The notes under the pieces were generated by a model. It was given only the letters and a program-made list of their open reading frames with translations. It did not search any database and had not been told where the DNA came from. A DNA stretch of 64,000 nt from positions 10,333 through 74,332 of IMG/VR virus record IMGVR_UViG_3300027759_000075, one strand, 5' to 3'. This DNA comes from a virus. The stretch's first letter is position 1. Each line of letters begins with the position of its first letter. Both the position numbers and the translations under genes were made by a program. Below, one piece after another: positions 28,273 through 38,496 of this stretch.

Positions 28273-28274
28273 GA

Positions 28275-28565
28275 TTACCCTACTATTACGTTGGGGCTGC
28301 CGCTTGCTCTAGGATGTCCACATGTGTCAACATCATCGGTAAAAATCAACGGAACACCATTAACCAATACAGTAGAATTGCTGGCTTGAGTCTTTGCATT
28401 ACAATGTGTTGGTGGGCAACCCTTACGGCCACAACAAGGATGTGGACTTACAGAGACTCCACGGATAGCTACAGCACGACCGTTGACCAATACTGTGTCA
28501 TCTCCATTGAGAATTACGCCGCCGGCAGTATTTCGATCTCCTACACGCTGTATTGACTTGCCCAT
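28275..28565 (-). CDS. PAAR-domain spike-tip protein (gp5.4-like)
   Basis: QRVGD, TVLVNGRAVA, TVLVNGVP, D.CGH and GSPNVIVG, with His/Cys metal ligands. Confidence 0.88.
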   Translation of the reverse strand: MGKSIQRVGDRNTAGGVILNGDDTVLVNGRAVAIRGVSVSPHPCCGRKGCPPTHCNAKTQASNSTVLVNGVPLIFTDDVDTCGHPRASGSPNVIVG

Positions 28566-28566
28566 C

Positions 28567-28869
28567 TTAGCCCATTAAAATTTTACTATTACGTACCGGC
28601 TTAATACCAGTGGTTGCTTCCAAGTAACTATCGCACACTTCTTCACGGCTAGGTGCAATAATTGATACCTGTTGTTTATTTATAGAGACCGTTTTGTCAG
28701 GATCTGCTGTAAATAAACTATTCATCATGTTAATACCCTGCGGACCCGGAATTACTGTCAATGGTTTTGCCACTGTGTATGCGGTGTCGTTTTCTGCGAT
28801 AATTTTTGCTACAATTTCGTCGCCGTTGGCAATTTTAAATGTATAAACTTGATCTAATTCTACTTTCAT
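28567..28869 (-). CDS. Hypothetical protein (Sm-like small beta protein)
   Basis: FKIANGDEIVAK...KPL...Y..ATTGI pattern common in T4-like phages. Confidence 0.55.
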   Translation of the reverse strand: MKVELDQVYTFKIANGDEIVAKIIAENDTAYTVAKPLTVIPGPQGINMMNSLFTADPDKTVSINKQQVSIIAPSREEVCDSYLEATTGIKPVRNSKILMG

Positions 28870-28870
28870 G

Positions 28871-29095
28871 TTATCCTTGTAAATGTTTTCTTAATTCTGT
28901 AAATCCACCAATATACGCTTTGTCTAAAAAGATTTGTGGTAAAGTGCGGGCTGTAGGTACGGCTTCTAACAACTGCTCTCGAGTCCAATCTTTACTTACG
29001 TTACGTTCTTCAAATTCAATACCACGTGATTCCAATAATGCTTTTGCCTGAACACAAAAAGGACAGGCGTCCTTGCTCCATACTATCGCTTGCAT
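28871..29095 (-). CDS. Glutaredoxin
   Basis: CPFC active site, TLPQIF, IGGF; next to nrdB. Confidence 0.93.
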   Translation of the reverse strand: MQAIVWSKDACPFCVQAKALLESRGIEFEERNVSKDWTREQLLEAVPTARTLPQIFLDKAYIGGFTELRKHLQG

Positions 29096-29114
29096 AATCT
29101 TCTCCTTATTATTA

Positions 29115-30215
29115 TTATAAACTAGGCAACTGGTCGTAGTCAAGTGTGTCCGACATGACTCCTATTACATAGTTAGTTGACTCTGACTCTTGTAGTGCAG
29201 TTTGTTTATTACTTGTATTCACGTGTTTGTTAAACCACGGAATAGGTGTTGTCTTAGGAGCAGGAGTTTGATACTTGATACCTACTTCTTTGAGTGCGCC
29301 CACTGCTGTATAGTCAACAAAGTCTTTGAGAATGTTGGCGTTGAGTCCAATAACCGGCCCTTTGTTAAACAAATAGTCAGCCCATTGTTTTTCTTCACGG
29401 ATAACATCCTGATACAGTGCATATACTTCAGCTTCACACTCAGCACGAGCTTCAGCAAAGCGTGGATCTTCTTTGCATACTTGATTAATCATCCAAGCAG
29501 TCCAGTCCTTGTGTAAAATTTCATCTTGTAGGATCAGACTGATAATGTTGCCGTTGCCAATAAAGATACGGTTTTCTACCATGGCCAAACTGGTAGCAAA
29601 ACTTACCATGAAACGGAATGCTTCAAGAGCATAGCTGGCATGTAAGGCCATCCAGATGGCACGGATGTGTTCTTTTTCTGTTACAGCTTCGCCCAGTTCT
29701 TTACGACAGTTGACCAAGTGCAAGGCTTCGTAGTAGTTGCCTACACTGCTAGCCATGTCAACAATTTCTTTAGTGTCATGAATTGTGTTAAACGCATCCT
29801 TAGGAACATTGTAGATATTACGGATAATATGACTGTAACTGCGACTGTGAATGTTGGTTTCCATAAACGACCATACCATCACCAGTGCTTCGAGTTCAGG
29901 AATGGAACATACAGGACCAAACACTTGTACTGGACCACGGCCTTGCAAACTATCTAGTGCGGTTTGACGCAACAAGTTGCTGGTAAAGATATGACGAACT
30001 GTGTCACTTGCCTCTTTAAAGTCATTAGCATCTTTGGTTAACGATACTTCTTCGGGTACCCAAAAGAACCCTCTTTGTTCCTGCTCAAACTTACCAAGTT
30101 TTTGATATTTAATTTCTTCAAACCTTTGTATTGTGACAGGTCCAGCAGGATCAAGGAACATTTTCCTGCGTGTATAATCTGTTTTTGTTGATAAATCATA
30201 TTGCGCTCGTGACAT
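29115..30215 (-). CDS. nrdB: Class Ia ribonucleotide reductase beta subunit
   Basis: FWVPEE, LDSLQG, ETNIHSRSY, LEAFRFMVSF, DEILH, QESE..NY. Confidence 0.95.
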   Translation of the reverse strand: MSRAQYDLSTKTDYTRRKMFLDPAGPVTIQRFEEIKYQKLGKFEQEQRGFFWVPEEVSLTKDANDFKEASDTVRHIFTSNLLRQTALDSLQGRGPVQVFGPVCSIPELEALVMVWSFMETNIHSRSYSHIIRNIYNVPKDAFNTIHDTKEIVDMASSVGNYYEALHLVNCRKELGEAVTEKEHIRAIWMALHASYALEAFRFMVSFATSLAMVENRIFIGNGNIISLILQDEILHKDWTAWMINQVCKEDPRFAEARAECEAEVYALYQDVIREEKQWADYLFNKGPVIGLNANILKDFVDYTAVGALKEVGIKYQTPAPKTTPIPWFNKHVNTSNKQTALQESESTNYVIGVMSDTLDYDQLPSL

Positions 30216-30768
30216 ATTTTTCCTTACAGTTGTCAAAGTGCCAACGACTCATTGATAAGAACCCGCCTTCTTTTTTACAATGCGGACATACCCTATTAGC
30301 TCGCGGCTTTAATTTCATTGATGCTCTAGTTTTGTTTTTTGATTCTTCTTTGTGTTTAGCAGGTCCATTACCGCCATTGGCCCGTTGCGCTTTACTTATG
30401 TTTGCTCTGTGTTCAGCACTTTTTGGCTTACGCATTTTTGCTTTTGTTTCTTCTGACTTAGGTACACCTTTAGCTAATTCAGATGCTTTTTTTCTTAGCC
30501 AGCCAAATAGTTTGTTATTCATCCTGGCTTCTGTGTTATGTATAGTCATAATCATTGCGGCATTAGCTAAGTGAACATTAGTAGGATGTATTTTAACAAG
30601 GAGTTGGTGAGCAAGATAATGTTCTTCAGGATAAAGACTTACAATATTTTCTTTAGCATCGGTGCCACCAAGACAACGAGGAACTATGTGATGTTTTTCA
30701 ACATAGCCTTCGCTTATCCTGCATAATGCACGATTTATTAAATTATTATAAATTTCTTGATATTTCAC
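30196..30768 (-). CDS. HNH homing endonuclease with NUMOD3-like repeats
   Basis: EKHHIVPRCLGGTD..ENI..L..EEHYLAH; SEETKAKM, SAEHRANIS; CPHC; inserted between nrdA and nrdB. Confidence 0.88.
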   Translation of the reverse strand: MKYQEIYNNLINRALCRISEGYVEKHHIVPRCLGGTDAKENIVSLYPEEHYLAHQLLVKIHPTNVHLANAAMIMTIHNTEARMNNKLFGWLRKKASELAKGVPKSEETKAKMRKPKSAEHRANISKAQRANGGNGPAKHKEESKNKTRASMKLKPRANRVCPHCKKEGGFLSMSRWHFDNCKEKYVTSAI

Positions 30769-33086
30769 TAAAGTTTACAACCTTCGCAATCGGCTTCTTC
30801 ATCAAAGTCAACAACTTCTAACTTTGTTTCTGGTTCATCTTGACCTTTACTACCGGTCTTGTTAATTAAACTATAATAAAATGTTTTCAGGCCCCAACGG
30901 TGTGCCTGCATCAAGTTCTTGGCAATCAGGGTAGTTGGTACTTTGCGGTCGGCAAAGTGTGCTGGATTATAAAAAGTGTTGGTACTGATACTTTGATCAA
31001 CATAAGCAGCAATAACTGCCGCGGTCTTGATATAACCGTCACAGTCTTTCTGTTCCCACATGAGTTGATACTTGTTTTTTAACTTGTTGTACTCTGGAGC
31101 AACTTGAATTAAACTTCCTGCTTTGCTTTCTTTAACCGTGATCAAGCTCATTGGCATTTCAATACCGTTGGTTGAGTTAATAACAACTGAACTGGATTCA
31201 ACCGGAGCCACGGCCATTAGGGTAGCATTACGCACACCGTGAACTTTCATTAGCTCACGTAATTTTTCCCAGTCTAATTCTGGTTTAAAATTAGCCAACT
31301 CATTGACTGCTCTAGCACGACGCTCCCATGGAAACTCTCCCTGGCCATAACGTGTTAATCCGCTATGACTGCACGGACCACGTTCCTTGGCTAATTCTAC
31401 AGTGGCTTCTGTCAAGTAGTAGGCTTGGTGTTCCATCCATGATTTAACTTCTTGTAGAGCATCCTTTTCACCATACAATAGGCTACGCTTGGCGTGCCAG
31501 TAGGCCAAGTTAGTAATACCAATACCCAAAGGCTGGATCTCTTGGTTACTTAACTGTGACTGAATGGAAAGAAAATCTTGGTAGTCCAGAATATTACACA
31601 AGCTACGCTGGAGTATACGACAAGCACGCCGCATGTCTTCTGGATTACGGAAAGCTCCCCAATTGATGGAACCCAACGTACAAAGAGCGATACGGCCATC
31701 GCTGTCATCCAGACGTTTAAAGGATTTAGTAGGAAGAAGTATTTCACAACAAAGGTTACTCTGGTAAATGGTATGGAATTCAGGATCAAATGGACCTTGA
31801 TTCTGAACATTGTCAATGAACACAAGATAGATACGTCCTGTGTCAGTGCGCTCTTTTAATATGCCACCTTTGAATACATCCTCGGCGGCCATAGTTTTAG
31901 TTCTTAAATCCTTACGCTTTTCATACTTGACATATAATTCTTCAAACTGTTCTGTATTCTTGTAAAAAGCTTCATACAAGTCTGGTACTTCATTAGGATC
32001 AAAGAATGTGATTGATTCTTTGTTTTTGAATCTACGCCAAAAGAAACTGTTGAGCACTACACCATAGTCCATAAAGCGAACTCGGGTTTCTTCAGTGCCT
32101 TGATTATTTTTAAGCACGATTAGATCGTCAAATTGATAATGCCAGATAGGATAAAATACCGTGGCACTTGCGTTACGAATACCACCTTGACTACAACTAC
32201 GCAAATCACCAAACCACTTTTTTAGGAATGGTATCATGCCTGTATGCATGACTTCTCCGCCGCGAATAGGAGCACCCAGGGGACGTAGGCGACCAATTTC
32301 TAATCCTATGCCGGCACGTTTGGCCGCATACTTGGCCATCATCTCCCCACTAGCAAATATGCTATCCAGGTTGTCGTCACTGCGGATAAGCACACAACTA
32401 GAAAACTGTTTAGTTGGAGTGCCAAGGCCAGCCAGGACAGGTGTAGCAAGAGTAAACAAACCATCTGACGCACAGTTGTAATACTCTTTGATGTAACGCA
32501 TACGTGCCGATCCAGGTTCTTCTTTATGAAAGACCGTAGCGGCCGCGACCATATACCTAATTTGTGGAGTCTCGTAGATCTCCTTTGTAGCGCGATTGCG
32601 TACAAGATACTTCTCAATAAGTTGTTCAATAGCTGCATAACTGTATTCCTCATCTTTGTCATGGTCAAGCATGTCGTTCATGCGGTTCCAATCTTCTTGG
32701 GTATACCACTCAAGAAGTTCAGATGTGTATAAGCCTGTGTCTACGTTTTTCTTTACAATTTCATATAGATGCGGAACATCATATGTTCCATACACATCTT
32801 TACGCAACATACTCAGGCGTTGTTTACCTGCTACATATTGATAATTGGTGTGACCTACATCTGGATTTGATTCTATATCAATTAAGTCCACAATAGCTCG
32901 CAATGTAATACCATCAATTTCTGTCGTGGTAATGCCATCGTAGAAATGCAATTGTGCTTTGATCTCAATCATACTTTGACTTACGTCAGCAATGCCTTGA
33001 CAGACTTTGGCAACCTGTGCCTGCCACTTTTCAATATGCAGTGGCTCTTTTTGTCCGCTTCTTTTAACTACTGTAATCTGCGTCAT
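30768..33086 (-). CDS. nrdA: Class Ia ribonucleotide reductase alpha subunit
   Basis: ATP cone (VVKRSG), QFSSCVL, SQGGIR, SNLCCEI, APVESSS, KTFYY, C-terminal CEGCKL. Confidence 0.96.
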   Translation of the reverse strand: MTQITVVKRSGQKEPLHIEKWQAQVAKVCQGIADVSQSMIEIKAQLHFYDGITTTEIDGITLRAIVDLIDIESNPDVGHTNYQYVAGKQRLSMLRKDVYGTYDVPHLYEIVKKNVDTGLYTSELLEWYTQEDWNRMNDMLDHDKDEEYSYAAIEQLIEKYLVRNRATKEIYETPQIRYMVAAATVFHKEEPGSARMRYIKEYYNCASDGLFTLATPVLAGLGTPTKQFSSCVLIRSDDNLDSIFASGEMMAKYAAKRAGIGLEIGRLRPLGAPIRGGEVMHTGMIPFLKKWFGDLRSCSQGGIRNASATVFYPIWHYQFDDLIVLKNNQGTEETRVRFMDYGVVLNSFFWRRFKNKESITFFDPNEVPDLYEAFYKNTEQFEELYVKYEKRKDLRTKTMAAEDVFKGGILKERTDTGRIYLVFIDNVQNQGPFDPEFHTIYQSNLCCEILLPTKSFKRLDDSDGRIALCTLGSINWGAFRNPEDMRRACRILQRSLCNILDYQDFLSIQSQLSNQEIQPLGIGITNLAYWHAKRSLLYGEKDALQEVKSWMEHQAYYLTEATVELAKERGPCSHSGLTRYGQGEFPWERRARAVNELANFKPELDWEKLRELMKVHGVRNATLMAVAPVESSSVVINSTNGIEMPMSLITVKESKAGSLIQVAPEYNKLKNKYQLMWEQKDCDGYIKTAAVIAAYVDQSISTNTFYNPAHFADRKVPTTLIAKNLMQAHRWGLKTFYYSLINKTGSKGQDEPETKLEVVDFDEEADCEGCKL

Positions 33087-33120
33087 TAATACTCTCTATT
33101 CTTAATTGTACTGTTTACTG

Positions 33121-33537
33121 CTAGATAATTTGGTCCAGCTGGTATTGCCTTTTGATTTTTACTTTAGTGAAGGTATTTACGACCTGTTCAGCTTGCCAAT
33201 TAAGTATATATTTTTCTTTTGCAACCTGTACTAAATTACTGCCATCTTCAGTCAAAACCAAGGTTGTAGGCGCCATATCCGCACGATCCAGCATACTGAT
33301 AGTATACACTATTCCAAGCCCTCTTGCAAGATCGCAATAGACATCATCGCTCAAAAGTTGCCAGGGATCGGGCCAGGCGGATTGATCATCCCAATGTAGG
33401 TAATATGGTCGCCATGGGGCCGTAAACCACCAGGCATTGATGTCTTCAAGTGCTGATTCTATGGATAGATTTTGAACTTGATCTCGTAGCTGGTTCCAGC
33501 TTTCCAGCCGGGCAGAAAATGTAGAGGGCCAGATCAA
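33121..33537 (-). CDS. Hypothetical protein (possible transglutaminase-like fold)
   Basis: WPDPWQLL....YCDLARGLG..YT. Confidence 0.5.
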   Translation of the reverse strand: MIWPSTFSARLESWNQLRDQVQNLSIESALEDINAWWFTAPWRPYYLHWDDQSAWPDPWQLLSDDVYCDLARGLGIVYTISMLDRADMAPTTLVLTEDGSNLVQVAKEKYILNWQAEQVVNTFTKVKIKRQYQLDQII

Positions 33538-35126
33538 GCTAGGTATGTGATACTATAGGTCATTGTGGCATTGGTGCCAGCGTTGTCAGCAGTGTAAGTT
33601 AGACTAACTATGTCGCCTGCTTGATCAACTGTTAAGGTAACACCAGTGTTGTTGTTTTCTACATAGTCGTCGCTGGAGGTGATTCCTAGACTAGAATCTC
33701 CAACGTCGGTGGCTACCATGATAGTACCGGTACGATATACAGGACCTCTCACAATAGTGTAGTTGACACTGAATGCTCGAATTGTTGTAGCATTGAGTTC
33801 AAACACAGTACCTGTGTCATTGTCGGTTAGCGTGGCCGAGTCGCCACTTTCACGTGTGTATGTGCCCATGGCCAACTGACCACCGTTGGTGGTGGCTATG
33901 CTGACAGTGTTGTTGAGATCAATTCTAGGATAGGTTGTGGCAAATGTATCAGTGCGTTCAAACAGATCGCTGATACTGACGTTGTTGTTGCTTTGTATGC
34001 TGATAATGCTGGTAGCAGGCGTGCCTGTGCTGCCTGTAAAGTGGTTGCCCACATCATAAAAAATGTTATGACCACTGGCATTGATTGCCAACACAAGATT
34101 GCTGCCAAATACAATACCCTCGGCATAGATATCGTCAAACAGGTTGCCTACAATTCTTGTGCCAGTTGGACCACCATTGGTCACTGCCGCGGTTCCTAGC
34201 ACAACACCTCTGTATAAAGTATTAAACTGACTGGTAGAAACGGTAACTGCTTTAGTTTGCTGGTTAGTGTTGATGCCCCATACTAGTCCAGAGAACACAC
34301 AACCATCAAAGGTAATTTGTTCACAAACAAGACTGCTGGTGCTGGCAAAACTTACACCAATACTTCCGTTAGCATCAGAGTCTAAGTCTGCAGTAGTTGA
34401 TACTCCACGAAATCCTACATTTTGAAAACGACAATTAGTAGCGTCTTGAACTAGGAACACACTGCCTGTAGGATCAGAGTGTGTGAATCCCATGTTGGTA
34501 ATGGTAATATATTGAGGTGTTATTGCGCCAGCATCACCAATGTTTACTCCTATGTTTTGTAAACTATCCGCCGTGCGTGATACATAATCGTCAACACCAG
34601 AATCCATAACAATTAAAGAATTGTCTCCACCTTCACCTACTAATGTGGCATAAGGAGGAATCTTAATAGCACTGGTCACACGATATACACCAGCTGGAAA
34701 AAACAAACTGCGGCGTATTTGTGGATTTACTTCTCTGCAATACAGTTGATACAAGGCACGATTGATGGCCGCAGTATCATCTGTAACTCCATCACCTGTT
34801 GCACCAAAGTCCAACACACTGGCAAACTGATCCAACCATGATTGCAAACTTAAGGTTATTGGATCGCCAGCAGTGGGTCCTGTTTGTACAGTATACCCAG
34901 CGGCTTGACCTTTGTAGGTGTAAGTGTTAGTGAAGTTTAAAATGTCACTGAATTCTGTTAAGATTTCAGTGTTGCCAATAACCGGGGCGCCATCTTGTAG
35001 TGTACCATTACCAATCCATAACTGGCGGGTGTCTGTTGACCAGCCCAATTCTGCACCAGCTAACTGTGGTAAATTTTCTGCTAACCCTTTGCGGTTAGTA
35101 ATTTGAGAGATCTGTACAATGGCCAA
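33534..35126 (-). CDS. Tail fibre/tailspike with beta-helix (pectate-lyase-3-like) domain
   Basis: N-terminal L..AELGWSTDTRQLWIGNG anchor; VLDFGATGDGVTDDTAAINRAL..FFPAGVY; beta-helix-like repeats. Confidence 0.8.
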   Translation of the reverse strand: MAIVQISQITNRKGLAENLPQLAGAELGWSTDTRQLWIGNGTLQDGAPVIGNTEILTEFSDILNFTNTYTYKGQAAGYTVQTGPTAGDPITLSLQSWLDQFASVLDFGATGDGVTDDTAAINRALYQLYCREVNPQIRRSLFFPAGVYRVTSAIKIPPYATLVGEGGDNSLIVMDSGVDDYVSRTADSLQNIGVNIGDAGAITPQYITITNMGFTHSDPTGSVFLVQDATNCRFQNVGFRGVSTTADLDSDANGSIGVSFASTSSLVCEQITFDGCVFSGLVWGINTNQQTKAVTVSTSQFNTLYRGVVLGTAAVTNGGPTGTRIVGNLFDDIYAEGIVFGSNLVLAINASGHNIFYDVGNHFTGSTGTPATSIISIQSNNNVSISDLFERTDTFATTYPRIDLNNTVSIATTNGGQLAMGTYTRESGDSATLTDNDTGTVFELNATTIRAFSVNYTIVRGPVYRTGTIMVATDVGDSSLGITSSDDYVENNNTGVTLTVDQAGDIVSLTYTADNAGTNATMTYSITYLA

Positions 35127-35163
35127 TTTAGTCTTCCTTGAATTCTATCCAGTATTTAGCTGG

Positions 35164-35877
35164 TTAGGCCAGTAGGTAGTACTGCTCTAATCTGCGCCAC
35201 CAAGCATCAGACCAGTAGCTAAAATCCTCAGGTTTTAGTATGAATTCTTGATAAACCGGACGGGCCAATGGGTTCCCCATGTCGTCTACTGGCGGCTTTA
35301 CTGCCATTAGCACTACACCCTTGCGTATGTTGGTTCCATACACTTCATTGTGTGCCAGTGCATAGGCTGTAAGCTGTAAGTAATAGTCTTCAATCCACTC
35401 CGCTTTTTTAGGTTTGTTAGTCTGTTTAAAGTCCAGGATACTTTCGTCTTGTTGATGAATGCCTACACAGTCTGTTGTGCCTGCATACAGCTTGGGAAAA
35501 TACAAAGGAATTTCTACACCCCAAAATTCATTAACATTTACCAGTCCGTCTTCAATCACAGTCTGTGCCATGGCATGACTGGCCCAGCCAAACGGATTTG
35601 TTCCACGGTCCTTTAGTTCACCTTCTTTTACATAATGCTCTAGATAGGTGTGCATTCTGGTGCCGCGGTTGGCAGCTTCTGTGGTAATTTGTTGTGCTTT
35701 GGCATGCCCTACATTTTTACGCCACTGTTCTAGTGCGGCTTTAGTTTCAGCGGGTTTGGTCTTGTCTAGGATAGTGGTTACACTAGGTACTCGGCTACCA
35801 TCTGGGGTAGAATACAAGCGTCGGCCTTCATCTGTGGTACGACTTAGTTCATGATAGATAAATTTTGGATTATACAT
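35164..35877 (-). CDS. PD-(D/E)XK exonuclease (Cas4/MGME1-like superfamily)
   Basis: PSVTTIL, RGTRMH, E..L, YAGTTD, ILDFKQ, QLTAYA. Confidence 0.88.
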   Translation of the reverse strand: MYNPKFIYHELSRTTDEGRRLYSTPDGSRVPSVTTILDKTKPAETKAALEQWRKNVGHAKAQQITTEAANRGTRMHTYLEHYVKEGELKDRGTNPFGWASHAMAQTVIEDGLVNVNEFWGVEIPLYFPKLYAGTTDCVGIHQQDESILDFKQTNKPKKAEWIEDYYLQLTAYALAHNEVYGTNIRKGVVLMAVKPPVDDMGNPLARPVYQEFILKPEDFSYWSDAWWRRLEQYYLLA

Positions 35878-35883
35878 CAAGTT

Positions 35884-35912
35884 AGTATAACAGAATTATT
35901 GGACAGAGTCAA
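35884..35912 (-). promoter_or_regulatory. Sigma70 promoter, probably giving a leaderless exonuclease mRNA
   Basis: TTGACT-17-TATACT with the ATG 6 nt downstream. Confidence 0.65.
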
Positions 35913-35913
35913 G

Positions 35914-36498
35914 TTAAACAAGTTCATATCTTGCTGTACCTCTATTAAAAATAACAAGACCCTGTTTGACTAATTCAAATATAATAGATTCAGATTCGGC
36001 ATGTAATTTATTATGTTCTGCTACTGTAGTTAAAAATAAATTTTCAAGTTTATTATTTCTTTTATTACCGTCTATATGATGTACTATTTCCCCTTTTTCT
36101 ATTCGACGTTGTAAATAGGTTTCCATTACAAATATATGTTCTCGAATACATCTATATCCGCCCGGGCGATAAGGATAATCTTTACCAATATATACTTCTG
36201 GATAGCCTTCTTTACCTGAGATTACTGTTCCAATTCTATTTGTAAATTTATTTTTAATTTTTGCTTGATATCCTGCAGATCCCGCTAATTTTGCTACACC
36301 TATTTTAGAAATACAATTTTTACAGTAGGATTTAGATTCTGGGTCATATATTTTGCCATTTTTTGCTTTAGTAAATTCAGCAAAACAATGATCACATTTC
36401 CAGCGTATTATTTTTTTGGTTCTGGTATATTCTGAAAGTTTACCAAATTTGCTTTTCTTTGTGTAATTATTTGTTTCTGTTAATTCTTCTATAAACAT
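35914..36498 (-). CDS. HNH homing endonuclease
   Basis: EH..VME..L.R...GEIVHHIDGNKRNNKLENL...EHNKLH; N-terminal CxxC pairs; very AT-rich. Confidence 0.85.
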   Translation of the reverse strand: MFIEELTETNNYTKKSKFGKLSEYTRTKKIIRWKCDHCFAEFTKAKNGKIYDPESKSYCKNCISKIGVAKLAGSAGYQAKIKNKFTNRIGTVISGKEGYPEVYIGKDYPYRPGGYRCIREHIFVMETYLQRRIEKGEIVHHIDGNKRNNKLENLFLTTVAEHNKLHAESESIIFELVKQGLVIFNRGTARYELV

Positions 36499-36565
36499 AA
36501 TTTCTCCTATATTTTATTTATCCACAAGAGGATATTTTATAGGATTTTTATTATCTAATGGATTG

Positions 36566-36886
36566 TTAAATGCGGAAGCTAGTACCGCAACCACAGCGGT
36601 CTTTTTCCAAGGGATTTATAAATTCAAAGCCTTCGTTTAGACCCTGGCGTACATAGTCTACTTCTAATCCTTCAAGATATGCAGAACTTTTAGGATCAAC
36701 TACAACCACAAATCCATCTTGCTCAAAGGCAATATCCTCTGAATTTACAGTATCAATATATTCCAACACATAAGCAAGTCCAGAACATCCGGTAGTTCTT
36801 ACACCCAGACGAATACCCATGCCCCGACCACGTTTGTTTAAATTGGCCACAATTTTTTTAGCGGCTATTTCAGTCACTGATATCAT
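36566..36886 (-). CDS. iscA: Fe-S cluster A-type carrier IscA
   Basis: GVRTTGCSGLAY, GLNEGFEF.NP, CGCG.SF. Confidence 0.95.
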   Translation of the reverse strand: MISVTEIAAKKIVANLNKRGRGMGIRLGVRTTGCSGLAYVLEYIDTVNSEDIAFEQDGFVVVVDPKSSAYLEGLEVDYVRQGLNEGFEFINPLEKDRCGCGTSFRI

Positions 36887-37257
36887 TAGTGTTTGCTTTT
36901 GTAATCTGCTACTGCAGCCTTAATAGCGTCTTCCGCAAGGATACTACAATGGATCTTAACTGGCGGGAGTGCAAGTTCCTCTGCAATTTGAGAGTTCTTA
37001 ATTGCTCCGGCCTCGTCCAGCGTTTTGCCCTTGACCCATTCTGTGACAAGTGAGCTCGAAGCGATCGCCGACCCACAACCATAAGTTTTGAATTTTGCAT
37101 CTGTTATAATTCCATCTTCAACTCGGATCTGTAATTTCATCACGTCACCGCAAGCGGGGGCTCCCACCATGCCAGTGCCAACAGTATCATCTATTTCTAA
37201 TTTTCCAACGTTGCGTGGATTTTCGTAGTGATCAATTACTTTTTCTGAATAGGCCAT
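36886..37257 (-). CDS. iscU: Fe-S scaffold IscU
   Basis: DHYENPRNVG, GAPACGDVM, FKTYGCGSAIAS, LPPVKIHCS; promoter TTGTAA-17-TATAAT at 37275-37303. Confidence 0.97.
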   Translation of the reverse strand: MAYSEKVIDHYENPRNVGKLEIDDTVGTGMVGAPACGDVMKLQIRVEDGIITDAKFKTYGCGSAIASSSLVTEWVKGKTLDEAGAIKNSQIAEELALPPVKIHCSILAEDAIKAAVADYKSKH

Positions 37258-37312
37258 TGTATACTCCTTTGTGTATTATAACATGTTACCAAATTATTTA
37301 CAACCGTTTTGA

Positions 37313-37648
37313 TTAAGAACGACGCTTCATTGCCGCTTTGGCATTAGAATCTACTACCGCACGGGCTTGGTCCACGCTCATGCCAGTAGCAACCTCTGTG
37401 TCACCTTTGAATCGAACCACATTAGAATTTGGTTCCAATGGCTCTAGTATGTTGCTCAGTGGTTCTTGACTGATTAGGTCGCCTAAATTGTCTGCGGTAA
37501 CATTCACTCCTAAACTCTTGGCTAGATCAATAAAAGCTGTTTGACTGATTTGTTTTTTGGCCGTTTCGTCTTGACTGCGTCCAAGCAAAAACTGGCTTAA
37601 TGCAGCCAGTCGTTGTGTGTTAGGGTCTGCAACTTCGCGGATTAACAT
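37313..37648 (-). CDS. Hypothetical protein, probable head-associated
   Basis: Starts MLIRE; coupled to the upstream gene. Confidence 0.5.
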   Translation of the reverse strand: MLIREVADPNTQRLAALSQFLLGRSQDETAKKQISQTAFIDLAKSLGVNVTADNLGDLISQEPLSNILEPLEPNSNVVRFKGDTEVATGMSVDQARAVVDSNAKAAMKRRS

Positions 37649-38496
37649 TATCTACGTTCACGTCCTAGACCAGCGGGTTCAATATTGGCATCCATTTCTG
37701 CATCAATATCTTCTTCACCGTTGACGGTTGGAATTTCAGCATCAATAGCAACTTCCTCTTGACCTGGCACAGGTGGTGCAGGTTCTTCACCTGGAACAGT
37801 AGGAGCTTGCCCAGTTACTACGCCCAATGCCTGCTCCAGTTGAGTCTTGGCGCCTTGCAAATTTTGTAACAGTCCAGCCAATGCAGCTGTAGCGTCTGTG
37901 TTAAACTGCATGGCTTGATCAACCCCAACTTCGTTCTTGATCTGGTCAACCAAGGCTGGTAAATCTTTAAACTGCATGGCACTGATTTGTTCACTCATTT
38001 TTTGCACTTGGTCAACCATGTCTTGACTGGCCAACACAACTTGAGCCTGCTGAACTTCGCTAGCTTCGCGCAATCGACGAGCAATTTTGCTTTCTGCCAT
38101 GGCCATCATTGTAGGATCGTTCATTTGTTTTTGCAATTGGGCAATTTCTTCTTGTTTGGCTCGGATAGTGTCTTGTATTTGCTTTTTCTTTTGTTGAACC
38201 TGGGCGGCCATCAAGGCTTGTTGTTGTTGAGGATTAGCAGCGGGTTGACCTGCAACAGCTTGAGTGGCTAGAGCCTGCTCTAACATTACCAATTTAAGAT
38301 ATGCTGGGTTACGTTCACTTTGATGGAACTCAGGAGTGCGACGGTGTTCGCTGATCAATGAGCGTACACGGTTTAATAGGCCTTGAGCTTGGCGGCGAGA
38401 AATAGTATCAAATTTGATACTGGTTCCAAAATAGCTTTCAAAAACCTTAGCGGCTTGTTTTGTTGGGTTGGCTACGGCCAGTTCTTGCAGTTTCAT
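37648..38496 (-). CDS. Probable prohead core/scaffold-like protein
   Basis: Starts MKLQE; Gln/Ala coiled coil; LRE|ASE site; acidic Pro-rich tail ending LGRERR; TAAATA upstream. Confidence 0.45.
   Translation of the reverse strand: MKLQELAVANPTKQAAKVFESYFGTSIKFDTISRRQAQGLLNRVRSLISEHRRTPEFHQSERNPAYLKLVMLEQALATQAVAGQPAANPQQQQALMAAQVQQKKKQIQDTIRAKQEEIAQLQKQMNDPTMMAMAESKIARRLREASEVQQAQVVLASQDMVDQVQKMSEQISAMQFKDLPALVDQIKNEVGVDQAMQFNTDATAALAGLLQNLQGAKTQLEQALGVVTGQAPTVPGEEPAPPVPGQEEVAIDAEIPTVNGEEDIDAEMDANIEPAGLGRERR

Noticed and set aside
29115-33086. Group I intron or intein in nrdA/nrdB
   Set aside because: Both ORFs are continuous and of normal length; the HNH gene lies between them
35164-35877. 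Cas4 as a sign of a CRISPR system
   Set aside because: No Fe-S Cys set, no other cas genes and no array; fits the common phage PD-(D/E)XK exonuclease
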